From: Octopus sinensis
Lineage: Eukaryota
Assembly: GCF_006345805.1 (NCBI RefSeq)
Contig: NC_043004.1
Coordinates: 80,662,001-80,726,000, forward strand
DNA length: 64,000 nucleotides
Direction: 5' to 3'
The position numbers and the translations under genes were made by a program. This document shows, piece by piece, positions 50,190 to 62,760 of the stretch; within the stretch, counting starts at the first letter, position 1; each line of letters starts with the position of its first letter. The notes below the pieces were generated by a model. That model saw nothing but the letters and a program-made list of their open reading frames with translations. It had not been told where the DNA came from and did no database searches.

Positions 50190-50535
50190 GGTTATCATCA
50201 TTGTTTAATGTCCACTTTCCATGCTGGCATGGGTTGGACGGTTTGACTGAGGACTGGCAAACTAGAAGGCTGTACCAGGCTCCAATCTGATTTGGCATGG
50301 TTTTCTACTGCTGGATGCCCTTCCTAATGCCAACCATTCTGAGCATGTTGTGGGTGCTTTTTATGTGTCACCAACACAGGAGCCAGTCAGGCAGCACTGG
50401 CATCGACCACATTAAATGGTGCTTTTTATGTGCCACCAGCATGGGAGCCAGTCAGACGGCACTAGCATTGATCACACTCAAATGGTGCTTTTTTATGTAC
50501 CACTGGCATGGGAGCCTGTCAGGTGGCACCGACAA
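50190..50535 (-). mobile_element. RTE 3'-tail fragment with modular units
   Basis: tttaatgtccactttccatgctggcatggg...gggtgctttttatgtg. Confidence 0.82.
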
Positions 50536-51468
50536 TAAAATATAATGCATCAATCAAGTGCTGGAGCCAATGTAATCATCTTACCTTTCGCTCAATGTGG
50601 TTCATAAGCAAGCTACTTACCACACAGCCACTCCTACGCCTATATATATATAGATACATATATAAATACACACACATAGATACATATATAAATACACACA
50701 CACACACTCGTCCACGGCAGCTCAGTGAGGCTGAACCTAGAACCATGCGGACGGGAAGCAAACTTCTTACCACACAGCCAAGCCTGGTGCCACGTTATGT
50801 TCTGAAACCCGATTCCACAATGGTTTCTTATTCTCAAATACAAAAGTGAGACGTTGAGGTTACGCTCTCAAGTAATTGAAGTCATCACGATCACGTTAAT
50901 GAATATATAAGCACTTAACTGCCTCACATTACAGTGTGTGTATGTGCGTATGTGTCTGCATGTGTGCGTATATAACAGTGTATGTGTATGGGTGTATATT
51001 ATTCTCTTGTGGTATTAAGTGTTTCCAAAAGAACAGGATGCTGAGCACACGTATTTAATTGGTGAAGAGTTAGCAATTACTTTTACGTGAAGTCCACTTG
51101 TAGAAACACTTGCTGAAGCAGTTCATTGCTCAATCAATCAAGTTAATCAATAATATTAAATTTATCTCATGCTGCTGTGAGAAATACTCCGTAAACTTTG
51201 AAGACGATGTTGGTCCACTTCTGCGTCGGCTGCAAGAACAGAAGAACCAGCGAGAGAGTCTTGTTGAATTAACAACACACATACACACACACACACACGC
51301 CTTTGTCCCCCTATCTTTTTCTCTCTCTCTCTCTTTCTTTATATATATATATGTATGTGTATATATATATGTATGTGTATATATATATGTATGTATATAT
51401 ATATGTATGTATATATATACATGTATGCATATATTTATACATGTATGTATATATTATATGTATGTATA

Positions 51469-51499
<31 letters not shown>

Positions 51500-52352
51500 A
51501 TATACAGCCTCTATATTGACTGATGATACAGTATGGACGGATTTTCGAGGTCCAATAATGTATGTGTGTATATATATATATACATGTATGTATGTATATA
51601 TTATATATATATTATATATATATATATTACAGCCTCTATATTGACTGTTGATACAGTATGGACGGATTTTTGAGGTACAATAACACCCTGCACACCTATT
51701 TGATTATGAAGATTTACAAACATACTTTCTCAGTGAAACTCAGTATACCTACCATTATAGATAATACCAAATGTTCCTTTTCGGGCTTTTCATAATGTGA
51801 TGCAGGTCTTTGGTATAGCAATTGCATGCGGCTGAAGAGAGCTTTAAACCATCTGTTATGTCGATTATACATTGATGTAAGAATAAGTTGTTTTATAAAG
51901 CTTGAAACACGTGTACCATGACATCCTTTGTGTTCTGTTTTTGATTTCATTTGATACATATATCCTCTCACCTCTGCTACTAGCTGGCATATACAGGTGC
52001 TTACATTTATCAAGTATTCACCCTGAATTTATATTTACATATATACATGTATATGTTGGCCTACTCACTTAGCCAGTGGGGTGGCATCATTTGAAGGCTA
52101 AAACAATGCATATTGCATTGTGACCAGCGATGTGTAGCAACATCTGATAGCCTGGTCGGTCACGGTGATATATATGTATATGTATATCATTAGCCATATA
52201 GGTACTCATGTACCTATATGTACCCTTGTGTATATATGTACATATCTAATATTGTATGTATATATTTTATTAATTTGCCTGCACGGCTGATAATTCACTT
52301 ACCACTTGTGATGGTATTTTAATAATACCATCCCTATATTTATTTATACATG

Positions 52353-52390
<38 letters not shown>

Positions 52391-52485
52391 TGGGGAGAGT
52401 TTACGAAAAAAAACAAAAGACAAAGACAGGTGGTGTACAAAACAAACAGATGTATTAAGTATAATGCTCAGGAATAGAGAAAGTC

Positions 52486-52520
52486 TTTTACATTTCGAGC
52501 CTATGCTCTTCTACAGAAAG
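52486..52520 (-). ncRNA. Hammerhead-like motif with a variant core, in a ~190-bp element (52392-52583)
   Basis: Minus strand cuuu-CUGUAGA-A-gagc(auag)gcuc-GAAAU-GUA-aaag; (TA)n on both sides. Confidence 0.65.
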
Positions 52521-52959
52521 GAACACAGAAAAAATAAGGAGAGATAAAATGTGTGTAGTGGCTAACGATCTATCATGGCGACTATGTGTATATATATATA
52601 TATATGTGACTAGTTTCTCAATGACATAGTTTTGGGTCCTGTTCCACAGTGTGACACTATGGGCAAGTGTCTTTAATTGCCTGAGGTCGACCAAGGTCTT
52701 GTGGGTGGATTCAGTAGATGGAGACTAAAAGAAGCCCATCGTGTGTGTGTGTGAGTATCCGTGTCTGCTTGATAGTTGTAGCCATGTGTCACTTTTAATG
52801 TAAGCATGGAAAATTGGACGTTAAAAATGATGGTGATTTTTGATAGTGATGGTTATGGTGATGATGATGGCGATGGTTACCACAGTGCCAATACAGTATT
52901 GAATGTCCATTAACTTTTTCAAAGCAAATCTCCTTATCACACATACACAAACATAAGCA

Positions 52960-53030
52960 TGCATACATACATGTGTATGTATGTATGTATGTATGTATAT
53001 GTGTGTTTACATACACACACATGTATATGC

Positions 53031-53064
<34 letters not shown>

Positions 53065-53177
53065 TCTGTATCTGTACTTTAAGTAAGGTGGGAGAAATAT
53101 TAGTCATGCATATGTATAGGTATGTATGTATGTTATATATATATACATACATACATATGTACATATGTGTGTGTATG

Positions 53178-53217
<40 letters not shown>

Positions 53218-53245
53218 CGTATATATATATACACACGTGTATATA

Positions 53246-53278
<33 letters not shown>

Positions 53279-53564
53279 TATATGTATTATATATATATAT
53301 GTATACTGTATATATATTATGTATATATATATATGTATATATATATATGTATATATATATATATGTATATTATATGTATATATGTATATATATATATGTA
53401 TGTATGTATGTATATATATTATGTATGTATGTATATATGTATATATATATGTATGTATTATATATATGTATATATATATGCATATATATATATTATATAT
53501 ATATATGTGTATATATATGTATATATATATATATGTGTATATATATATATGTATAATATATATG

Positions 53565-53595
<31 letters not shown>

Positions 53596-53660
53596 GTATA
53601 TATATGTATATTATATATATATGTATATATATATATATATATAACACATATGTATATATC
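52960..53660. repeat. ~700-bp compound (TA)/(TATG) microsatellite
   Basis: Visible directly. Confidence 0.95.
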
Positions 53661-54728
53661 TATGTATGTATACACTCACACACGCACACTCATATTATAT
53701 ATATTAGTAACTAATGTATTTGAATTCGTTAGGTGTCCCTCTGGTGGTTTTTTTTCTTTCTCTATAAATCAGTCTTCACTCCTGACAACCTACTACTATC
53801 ACTACATTATTGTATATATTACCCAACACCCCTTTCTTTCTTCCTATCCTCCTCTCTTATCTACTTATAAGCCAGTCATGTGACCAGAAAATTATTGTAA
53901 AAAGAGCACACGACATTGACATCATCAGCAACTATGCCTGTATCGCCGCCTCTATCGGCTCCTCTATCTCTGCTGACTACATGAGATAGTTTTGAATAGC
54001 TTCAGGCTAAACGATGATATGGCTGGTGTCAGACAGATAATAAAATATAATTTGTTTCATGTCCTACACTTTGTGACACACTCTCACCTTTTCTCTCCCT
54101 CCTATGTCTTCTTACTGGCTTCATTACATCTCTACTAACAGTACTAATAACGGCAGTAGTAGCAGTAGCAGTAGTAGTTGTGGTGGAGGTTTTGGTAGTG
54201 GTACTAGTACTACAGTGGTGGTTGTAGTAAAGGTAGTAGCACTGATAATGATGGTATTTGTAATGAGGTGAGGAGTGTTAGTATTAGTAAGAGTAGTGAT
54301 AGTAGTAGTAGTAGTGGCAGCAGCAACAGCAGTAGTAGTAGTAGTATAGGTGGTGGTTGTGACAGAGCTGTTGTGCGGTGGTGGTAATGATAGTGGTGTC
54401 GGTTGTAGTAGTAGTAGTAGTGGTGGTAGTGGTCCGTGGTGGTGGTCGTCGTCGTATAATAGTGATAATAGTATGGGTGGTAGTTGGAGGTGGTGAATTG
54501 ATGGAGTGGTTGGAACATCAAATGAAATACTTAACAAGCACAGGTGTGGTAAGAAGTTTGCTTCCCAACCACATGGTTCCGGGTTCAGTCCTACTTGGAC
54601 AAGTGCCTTCTACTATAACCTCAGGCTGTCCAAAGTCATGTGAGTCAATTTGATAAACGGAAACTGAAAGAAGCCCATTGTGTGTGCGTGCATGTTTTTA
54701 TGTAAGTATTATCTGTCTGAGGTCTTTG

Positions 54729-55315
54729 TGGTGACTTGACAAATGACTAAAGACTTCGGTGCAGTTTTACCTGCACTGTGTTATGAAGGGATAATAATGT
54801 GCTCCGATGCAGTACCAAGCAGTGGCTCTCATGGTCTCTAACTAGAAGTGTTATCTTGCTTCGTCATGGTATAAAAGATGGGCTACAGCAAATATTCTGC
54901 TCAATACCACAAATTTGTTTGTCAGTTGTTTGACCTTAACCAGTTGAGCATGTCTCGTAGTGGCTGTTGATATGTGCATCTCTGATCATGAGCAGAAGTA
55001 GTTGGGGAGCATCATAGCCATGTGTTGAGGGGGAATTCTTTGGGGTTTGAATAATTCACCTCTGGAAACATGGGTGTTTCGTTCAACATCCTTAAACAAC
55101 CCCTATTCAGGGACCTTTTGAGCGGGATGGGTTACTCGACCAGAAGAAAATTCTAACTGGGCCCCCAACTGCAAGGTCATGTGCTGTTTATCTTGATATG
55201 AGATCACCGTGTTGCATACATATTGTTGTGATGCATGTGCCTGATGTGCCCTTATCAGACGGGTAGTCACGAGGGGTATACTGGGCTTCGTATATTTTAC
55301 CCCAGTGTCACTTTG
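54729..55315. repeat. Unclassified ~600-bp interspersed repeat (family G)
   Basis: 55240-55315 recurs at ~33735-33800, continuing into gatggcatgcactgctctctcactcaa(caa/taa)n. The reverse complement of that end is at ~34485-34510. Confidence 0.65.
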
Positions 55316-55509
55316 AGCCAAGACCAGCAAATTTGAGAGAGGTTAGGGGAGGTGATAAATTGATTGCATGAAGTCCAGTACTTGACTGGTATTTATTTTA
55401 ATTGACCCCCAGAAGGATGAAAAACCCAAGTCGACTTCAGTGATAATTGAACTCAGAACATAAAGAACCAGAAGTTTAATATAATAATACTAATAACAAT
55501 AATAATAAT

Positions 55510-55728
55510 AATCCTTTCTACTATAGGCACAAGGCCAGAATTTTGAGGGACGGGGGATAATCGATTGCATCAACCCCAGAGTTTTACTGGTACTTAATTT
55601 ATCGACCCTGAAAGGATGAAAGGCAAAGTCGACCTCTGCGGAATTTGAACTCACAACGTTGTGACAGGCGAAATACCGCTAAGCATTTCATCGAGCTTGC
55701 TAACGACCCTGCCAGCTCGCCGCCTTAA
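55510..55728 (-). mobile_element. SINE family B2, full length (others at ~33885-34075, 45320-45540, 48220-48440, 58880-59040, 29470-29630, 59080-59245)
   Basis: (aat)n-cctttctactataggcacaagg...ctgccagctcgccgcctt. Confidence 0.88.
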
Positions 55729-56903
55729 TAATGATAATGATGATAATAATAATAGTGATGGCAATAATGAGAAGGGTGTTGACGGTTATAATGATGGTGA
55801 TTACAATAAATGTAGCAAAAAAAAATAAAAGATTGTGACAAAGAAATTGATGACAAGACCAATTGTGATAATCTTGTTAATGGTAATATTCCACAGATTT
55901 GATTCCTGTAAGTTATTTGTTCTACAGATACGTCAATCTACATCCTCCCAAAGCAGATGATAACATCACCAATACATACTTAGATACTTGTACAGGCTTG
56001 GTTTCTGTCAGTCATATGATTAATGATCGCATGTATGGATATGTATTATGTATATGTGTGTATATATAAATGTATTTGAACCATTACTAATTATATTAGT
56101 TATATAAGCCATCAACAGTTTTGGTCACTAATCCACAGCGCGTCTCCTTTAATTCTCTCATATCCTGGTTCTTTGTTATTCACAAATCGATCAGCTAATA
56201 TTTCCCTTTTATCGATTCAAGGAAAAACTGATAACAAAACTCAGATCAATATATCTACCATTGAACACTGCAACACTTCGTTCCGTCCCCAACACACATA
56301 CACAAAAGCACACACTTCTCTCTCTCTATTTCATCTTTAATTTTGCAACCTTCTCCAGGATTTTTCTTCCCCTCCTTCTATCATTTCTACTTTTTCCTTT
56401 CCATTTTCTGTTTTCCTTCTCTATTCCAAGATTCTTCCCAAGTAGATTTGATTACTTAGAAATTGTGTGTTACAATCTAGCTGAATAGGTTTCTGTCATA
56501 ACTATTTACTATTAACGGTTCCAGTCTTCATTCAAAGACTTTTCGGTACTTCACACAATTGTATTGATATCTCTTTTTCACTGTTTAAGACATGCTGTGT
56601 TCTTTGTGTTTCTTTGGTCTTTTGTCTACTAACAGACACTTCATTCTTCGTTCTATGACGCTGCTGACAACGCAAGCAACTTGGATGATGTACTTGAACC
56701 AATTATGCAAATACCGATATTTTGTGATGGTTCTGTTCTTGTTTATTGCCTAAGCGAGTTAACACATGATCCATGGGTCACAAGATCAAACTGCTCCATG
56801 GACTTACATTGGCATGGTATTCTTTGGACTAATTCCCATTAGCATTCAGATTACTCTGTCAAATGTAATGCTTGTTTATTTATGGTTTTGAATTAATCTT
56901 GCC

Positions 56904-57120
56904 TGTGCCATGTAAAAAGCACCTGTGCTGGCACCATGTAAAAAGCCCTCTGTAAAGTGGTTGGCATTAGGAAGGGCATCCAGCTGTGGTAACGATGCCA
57001 AAGCACACAACTGGAACCTGGCACAGGTCCCTGGCGTGCCAGCTCCTGTCAAGCTGTCCAACTCATGCCAGCATGGAAAATGGACATTAAATGATGATGA
57101 TGGTGGTGGTGGTGGTGGTA
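56904..57120 (+). mobile_element. RTE 3'-tail fragment inserted into a piggyBac-type MITE
   Basis: MITE halves at ~56835-56903 and ~57135-57235 flank ...gcatggaaaatggacattaaatgatgatg. Confidence 0.75.
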
Positions 57121-57239
57121 GGGGAGATGGTATCGCATCACTTTGAGATTTTGATATGATTGTTATTTTAAAATAACATTGCAGGATAGGTGTGAGAAGC
57201 TGGATGTGGACAGTGTGAACTTAAAACAGGTAGAATATG

Positions 57240-57798
57240 TTGGTGTGTTTATGTCCCTGTAACTTAGCATTTCGGCAAAAGAGACCGATAGTATAAGTAC
57301 TAGGCTTACAAATAATAAGTCCTGGAGTCGATTTGCCCGACTAAATGCGGTGCTCCAGCATGGCCACAGTCATGATGATGATGATGATGAGGAGGAGGAT
57401 GATACGTGTGTAGGCATGGCTGTGTAGTTAAAGAGGCTTGCTTTGCAACCAAATGGTTTCAGGTTCAGTCCCACAGTGCAGCACCTTTGGGTAACTGTCT
57501 TCTACTATAGCTCTGGGACAACCAATGCTTTGTGAGTGAAAATGGTAGATGGAAACTGTGTGGAAGCCCATTGTATAAATAATGTGTGTGTGTGCGTGTG
57601 TGTAGCTTTGTTTATCACACTCCAAACTACCATTTCGCAACCAGTGTTGGTTTGTTTGTGTCCCTGTAACTTGACAATGTTGCAAAAGAGACAAGAACAT
57701 AGGTACTGAGGTTGATTTGTTCGTTGAAATCCTTCGAGGCAGTGCTCCAGCATGGCCACGAAGCAAAGGACTGAAACAAGTGAATTATGAAAGATAAA
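57240..57798 (+). mobile_element. Family-A right arm (57240-57375) followed by a full family-A SINE (57410-57798)
   Basis: Matches the family consensus seen in this window. Confidence 0.8.
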
Positions 57799-58482
57799 AG
57801 GTAACAAAATACTTCAATTGATGTTTTTGTTTGCTTGTTTGCTTGTTTTTTTTGTTTTTTTTAATTTTAATTAGACACTTGGAAGGATTCTGAAAAGGAG
57901 GAACAGCTAGAGTTAATTAAATCAACCTAAATGTATTAATTAGCAGGCTCTGTTATTATCTCCTCCTCCTCCTCCTCCTCTCCCTTCTATTTTGTTCTGT
58001 GTTGTAGAAAAGATGACTGAGCATCTTGTATTTAGCAAGTTCTAACTCTGGAGAGAGAGAGAGAGAGAGAGAGGAAGGAGAGGAAGGAGATGCCTGCTAG
58101 ATGCGAATGAGTCATGAATGGATAAAATGTGAGTCAGGCATATTGAAAAGACTCAGGTATACAACAGAGTATAAACTCATTGTGTGTGGTGTGTGTGATG
58201 AGGGTTTCTATTTAAATATCAAAAGGCTATCTACAAAGGAAAGGGGTCGAAGGGCAAAGGTCATAGTTGTATAGCTTCTAGTGAGGCTAAACAAAGAATC
58301 TTGAATGAAAATATCTTATGAAGGAGTTTGAGCAGGATCCATTGACAGGATGGATGGAGGAGAGTTAGGGAAAACATTAACACTGAAAAAATGAGTTTTC
58401 ACTGGGAATCACCTATCTTAGGACCAGGGAGTCCAAATTGATTAGAATCTATTTGGAAAAAAATCCTTTATTATTATTATTA

Positions 58483-58854
58483 TTACTTCTGCCTTAGCAA
58501 AGGCAGAAGTAATGTCTTCAGACATATTTGGTTGTTTGTCTGTGGACAAGATATCTCAAGATATCCACTGGATGGATTCGGATGAAGCTTTCAGGTGGAT
58601 GTGGACTCATGACTAGCACAAACTGATTAGATTCTGGGATTGATCTGGTAATAGACAAGGATTCTGGATTATTTTTCCTTTTTTTTTTTTTTGTTGCTTA
58701 ATTTTTTGAGGGCATTCGGGTTCATTTTTAGTATTCTCATTTGTGAGAGCAGTCAAGTTTATTTCAGTTACTTGCATTTTAAAAATCATCTCTGGCTAAT
58801 CATTGGGAGAATGTTGGTGTTACCTTGGCAGAGGTTTGCACTCTCTGGGTGCTC

Positions 58855-58856
<2 letters not shown>
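58483..58856 (+). mobile_element. Helentron-associated (HINE/DINE-1-like) non-autonomous element
   Basis: 5' perfect 13-bp stem-loop ttacttctgcctt-agca-aaggcagaagtaa; 3' subterminal inverted repeat ccttggcagagg (58823-58834); terminal hairpin gcac-tctctgg-gtgc; sits in (TTA)n. Confidence 0.7.
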
Positions 58857-58886
<30 letters not shown>

Positions 58887-59850
58887 TGGTTTCAAATTTT
58901 GGCCCAAGACCAGTAATTTCAGGGTAGGGAGAAGTCAATTACATCAAACCCGGTGCTCAACAGGTACTTAATTTCACAGACCGTGAAAAGATGAAAGCAG
59001 AAATTTGATTCTGAATGTAAAGCTGGACAAAATGTTGCTGACCTTTTTTCTCAGTGTGTTAACATTAACAGCTTTTCCTGCCATTGCATTCTGAGTTCAA
59101 ATCCCACCAAGGTTGACTTTGCCTTTCATCCTTTCAAGATCAATAAATTAAGCACCAGTGAAACATTGGGATTGATGTAATGAACTAGCCCCTTGCCCCT
59201 AAAATTTCAGGCCTTGTGTCTGAAAAAGATTCTTATCATTATCATAATGATTATTGTTATCTTAATATTTATCATCATCATCATTATCACAATCATCATC
59301 ACCATCATTGTGGTTGTTGTTCTTGTTGTTACTATGCTGCAAATGTTCAACGTTGGTTGTTTTAATTTAATCTTTACAATAAGAGCCCCTGAGCCCTTTT
59401 ATGATTTGGATCTATCTTTGGTAAATGCTTTCTAAAATTAATAAGTCCTATTGAGATGCAACTAGCAATGCATTCAACAAATCCAATATAATTAAATATT
59501 GTGGCCATTCTACGATATATATATATATATATATATATAGCATGTTGTTGAGGAAGATACTGTGAGAATGTGTGTTATGAAGAAGCATCACCATCATCAT
59601 TGCAAACACCATTATCATTCACCGCTGGATATTAGTAACTACAAACCTAAAATTCATTATTATTGTTGTTGTTGTTGTTGTTTCTGAAGAATCTTTATTT
59701 GTGTTTACAATTAACTATATAGAGCAAACGATCTCTGATTTTCTTTTCAACTCGAGCACTTGTGGGACTAGATGTAGCTTCAAACATCTCAGTTTTGATT
59801 AGAAATTTACTATAAAAATGAATACACAATCTTTCTCTCTCCCTTACTCA

Positions 59851-59901
<51 letters not shown>

Positions 59902-60119
59902 GCACACATGCACACACACAATATAATAAAGCACAATAAAAGTTTTGATGTTAAAGTAAGGGATTACACATGTGTTTGTCTACATTTTTCTTTCTCCTTT
60001 TTCCATTTGTTGTTGGATGCTTTCATATTCTGTCTGTATGCATTTCGCTCTCTCTCGATATAGGCATAAAAATATGTATGCATATATGTGTGTGTATGTA
60101 TATATATATGTGTGTGTGT

Positions 60120-60240
60120 GTAGATAGATAGACAGATGGATGGATGGCCGGATGGACGGACAGATAGATAGATAGATAGATAGATAGATGGCTAGATGGA
60201 TAGATAGATAGATAGATAGATAGAGAGACAGAGAGACAGG

Positions 60241-60273
<33 letters not shown>

Positions 60274-60282
60274 GGATAGATG

Positions 60283-60316
<34 letters not shown>

Positions 60317-60362
60317 GAGAGAGACAGAGAGACAGGTAGATAGATAGATAGATGGATAGATG

Positions 60363-60397
<35 letters not shown>

Positions 60398-60406
60398 GGC
60401 TAGATG

Positions 60407-60461
<55 letters not shown>

Positions 60462-60560
60462 GATAGATAGATAGATAGACAGAAACACAGACAGACAGAT
60501 AGATAGATAGACAAGGAGCCAGACAGATAGATAGATAAATGCACATACAGACAGACAGAT
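60120..60560. repeat. (GATA)n compound microsatellite (another at ~35830-36010)
   Basis: Visible directly. Confidence 0.95.
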
Positions 60561-60848
60561 GGATATATAGAGTGATCTGTTTGTCCTCTCCCATCTCTTT
60601 GACAGCCGGTGTTGGTGTGTTTACATTCCCTGTAACTTAGTGGCTCAGCAAAAGAGAGAGAAAGAAATACGTAACAGGCTTAAAATAAGTCATGAAGTCA
60701 ATTCGTACAACTAAAAATTCTTCAGCACAGTGCCCCAGCATGGCCACAGTCAAATGACTGAAGCAAGTAGAAGTTATTTTTAAAAAAAAACAGAAAACAA
60801 TTACAGACAGGTAAACAATGTTCAGTTCGTATTCACTTTCTTTGTACA

Positions 60849-60880
<32 letters not shown>

Positions 60881-61547
60881 GTGTGTGTGTGTGTGAAACA
60901 AAGATGCAAGATGAAATTTGTGAATGGGGGTGGGTGGTTGTGTGGTAGCAGTCGGGGGTGGGGTGGGGGTCGTGGGACCAGTTCATTGGTGGAGTTTGTT
61001 ATGAATGGTCTTAAAATTAGAAATCTCAGAAAACAGGCTTCTGAGTTGGGGTCTGTTCCAGTTGTCAGGAAGAGAGAGAGAGAGAGAGAGAGACGTGCAG
61101 ACAAAAGAAGTGCAGATGGTAAATGAATGAGTTAATGGTTGGAAGGGGTAGGGGGAGGGGGAGTGCCGGTGTGGGGGTGGGTGGAGGTGGTGACGGTGCA
61201 GATGAACGTTACAAGAGTGCGTTTGCCATGGGAAGAGCAAAGTGGTAAGAGAAACCAGACTTATAACTTATGCTAAAGACTGATGACATCATTGGCAACG
61301 GGGGGGGGGAGGAAGAGGAGAAAGTGTAATGGTGGTGGTGGTGGTGAAGGTAGTAATAGTAGCAACAACAGCAGTAATAGTAGTAGTAACAGCAGCAGTG
61401 GTGGTGGTGGTGATGGTGATGCTGCTGCTGGTGGAGGTTAATGGAGAATGATGTCAGCAATCACAATAGATGGAAGTGGTAGAAACCATTATGGTGAAGA
61501 CGATGATGATGATGACGATGATGATGTTGATGATGATGATGATAGTT

Positions 61548-62760
61548 CTTTCTAATTCTTGACACAAGGCCAGCAGATTTGGGGGTGTGGCGGGGGTGGA
61601 GTAAGTTGATTACATTAAACCCCCTAACACACACACACACACCCCACCCCACCCAGTGCTCAACCGGTCCTTTAATTCTATCGACCCTGAAAGGATGAAA
61701 AGCAAAGTCAGCTTTGGTGGAATTTGAACTCCGAACGTATAAAGGACGAAAGAAACACGGCTAAGCATTCCGCCAGCTTACCATTTTAATAACAACAACA
61801 ACAGTAATGACGATAATAATAATAATAATAATAATCCTTTCTACTATAAGCAACAAGGCCTGGATGTTGTGGGGAAGGGGGCAGTCGATCACATTGACCC
61901 CAGTGCATAACTGGTACTTAATTTATCAACCCCCGAAAGGATGAAAGGCCAAGTTGACCATGACAGAATTTGAACTCAGAACGTAAAAGATGGAAGAAAT
62001 GCCAGTAAGCAATTTTCCCACCATGCTCACCACTTTAATAATAATAATGGTAATAATAATAATAATCCTTTCTACTGGAAGCACAAGGCCTCAAATTTGG
62101 AAGGAGGGATTAAGTCGATTACATTGACTCTAGTGTGTAACTAGTATTTATTTAATTAACCCCAAAAGGGTGGAAGGCAATGTCAACCTTGGTGGGATTT
62201 GAACTCAGAACATGAAGATGGACAAAATACCTCAAAGCATTTTGCCCAGCATGTCCCCTTTATAATGATAATGATGATAATAATAATAATGATGATGATG
62301 ATGATAGTAATCCTTTCTACTGGAAGCATGAGGCCTTTGATTTGGGTGAAGGGAGTCAGTCAGTTACATCGGGCCCCAATGTGTAACTGGTTCCTATTTA
62401 ATTGACCCCGAAAGGATGAAAGGCAAAGTCGACCCACTGACAGAATTTGAACTCAGAACATGGCGCACACGAAATACTGCTAAACATTTTGCCCGGTATG
62501 CTAACAATTCTGCTAGCTTGCCACCTTTATAATAATGATGATGATGATGACGATGACGAGGATGACAACAATCATTGATCCTAATTTGGGTACAAAACCC
62601 ATTGGTGATTTATTCTCTCAACCCCTTGGATAGATAAAAGTCAGTAAATAGTGATCCTGGCAGAATTTGAACTCTGAACGTAAAGGAGTCAGAAATAAAT
62701 ACCACAAGGTATTCTATCCAAACACTTTGTCCAATCAATTCAGCAAAGAAAATGAAAGCA
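61548..62760 (-). mobile_element. Head-to-tail cluster of 4-5 family-B SINEs separated by (AAT)n
   Basis: Copies at ~61548-61788, 61835-62036, 62065-62260, 62309-62528 and a degenerate 62570-62760, all in the same orientation. Confidence 0.85.

Noticed and set aside
55928-56032. ag|A-TAC candidate for the next glypican exon (Q-YVNLHPPKADD...)
   Set aside because: Phase and the first Tyr fit, but there is no NG..Q..NPE motif and the putative donor gives the wrong end phase.
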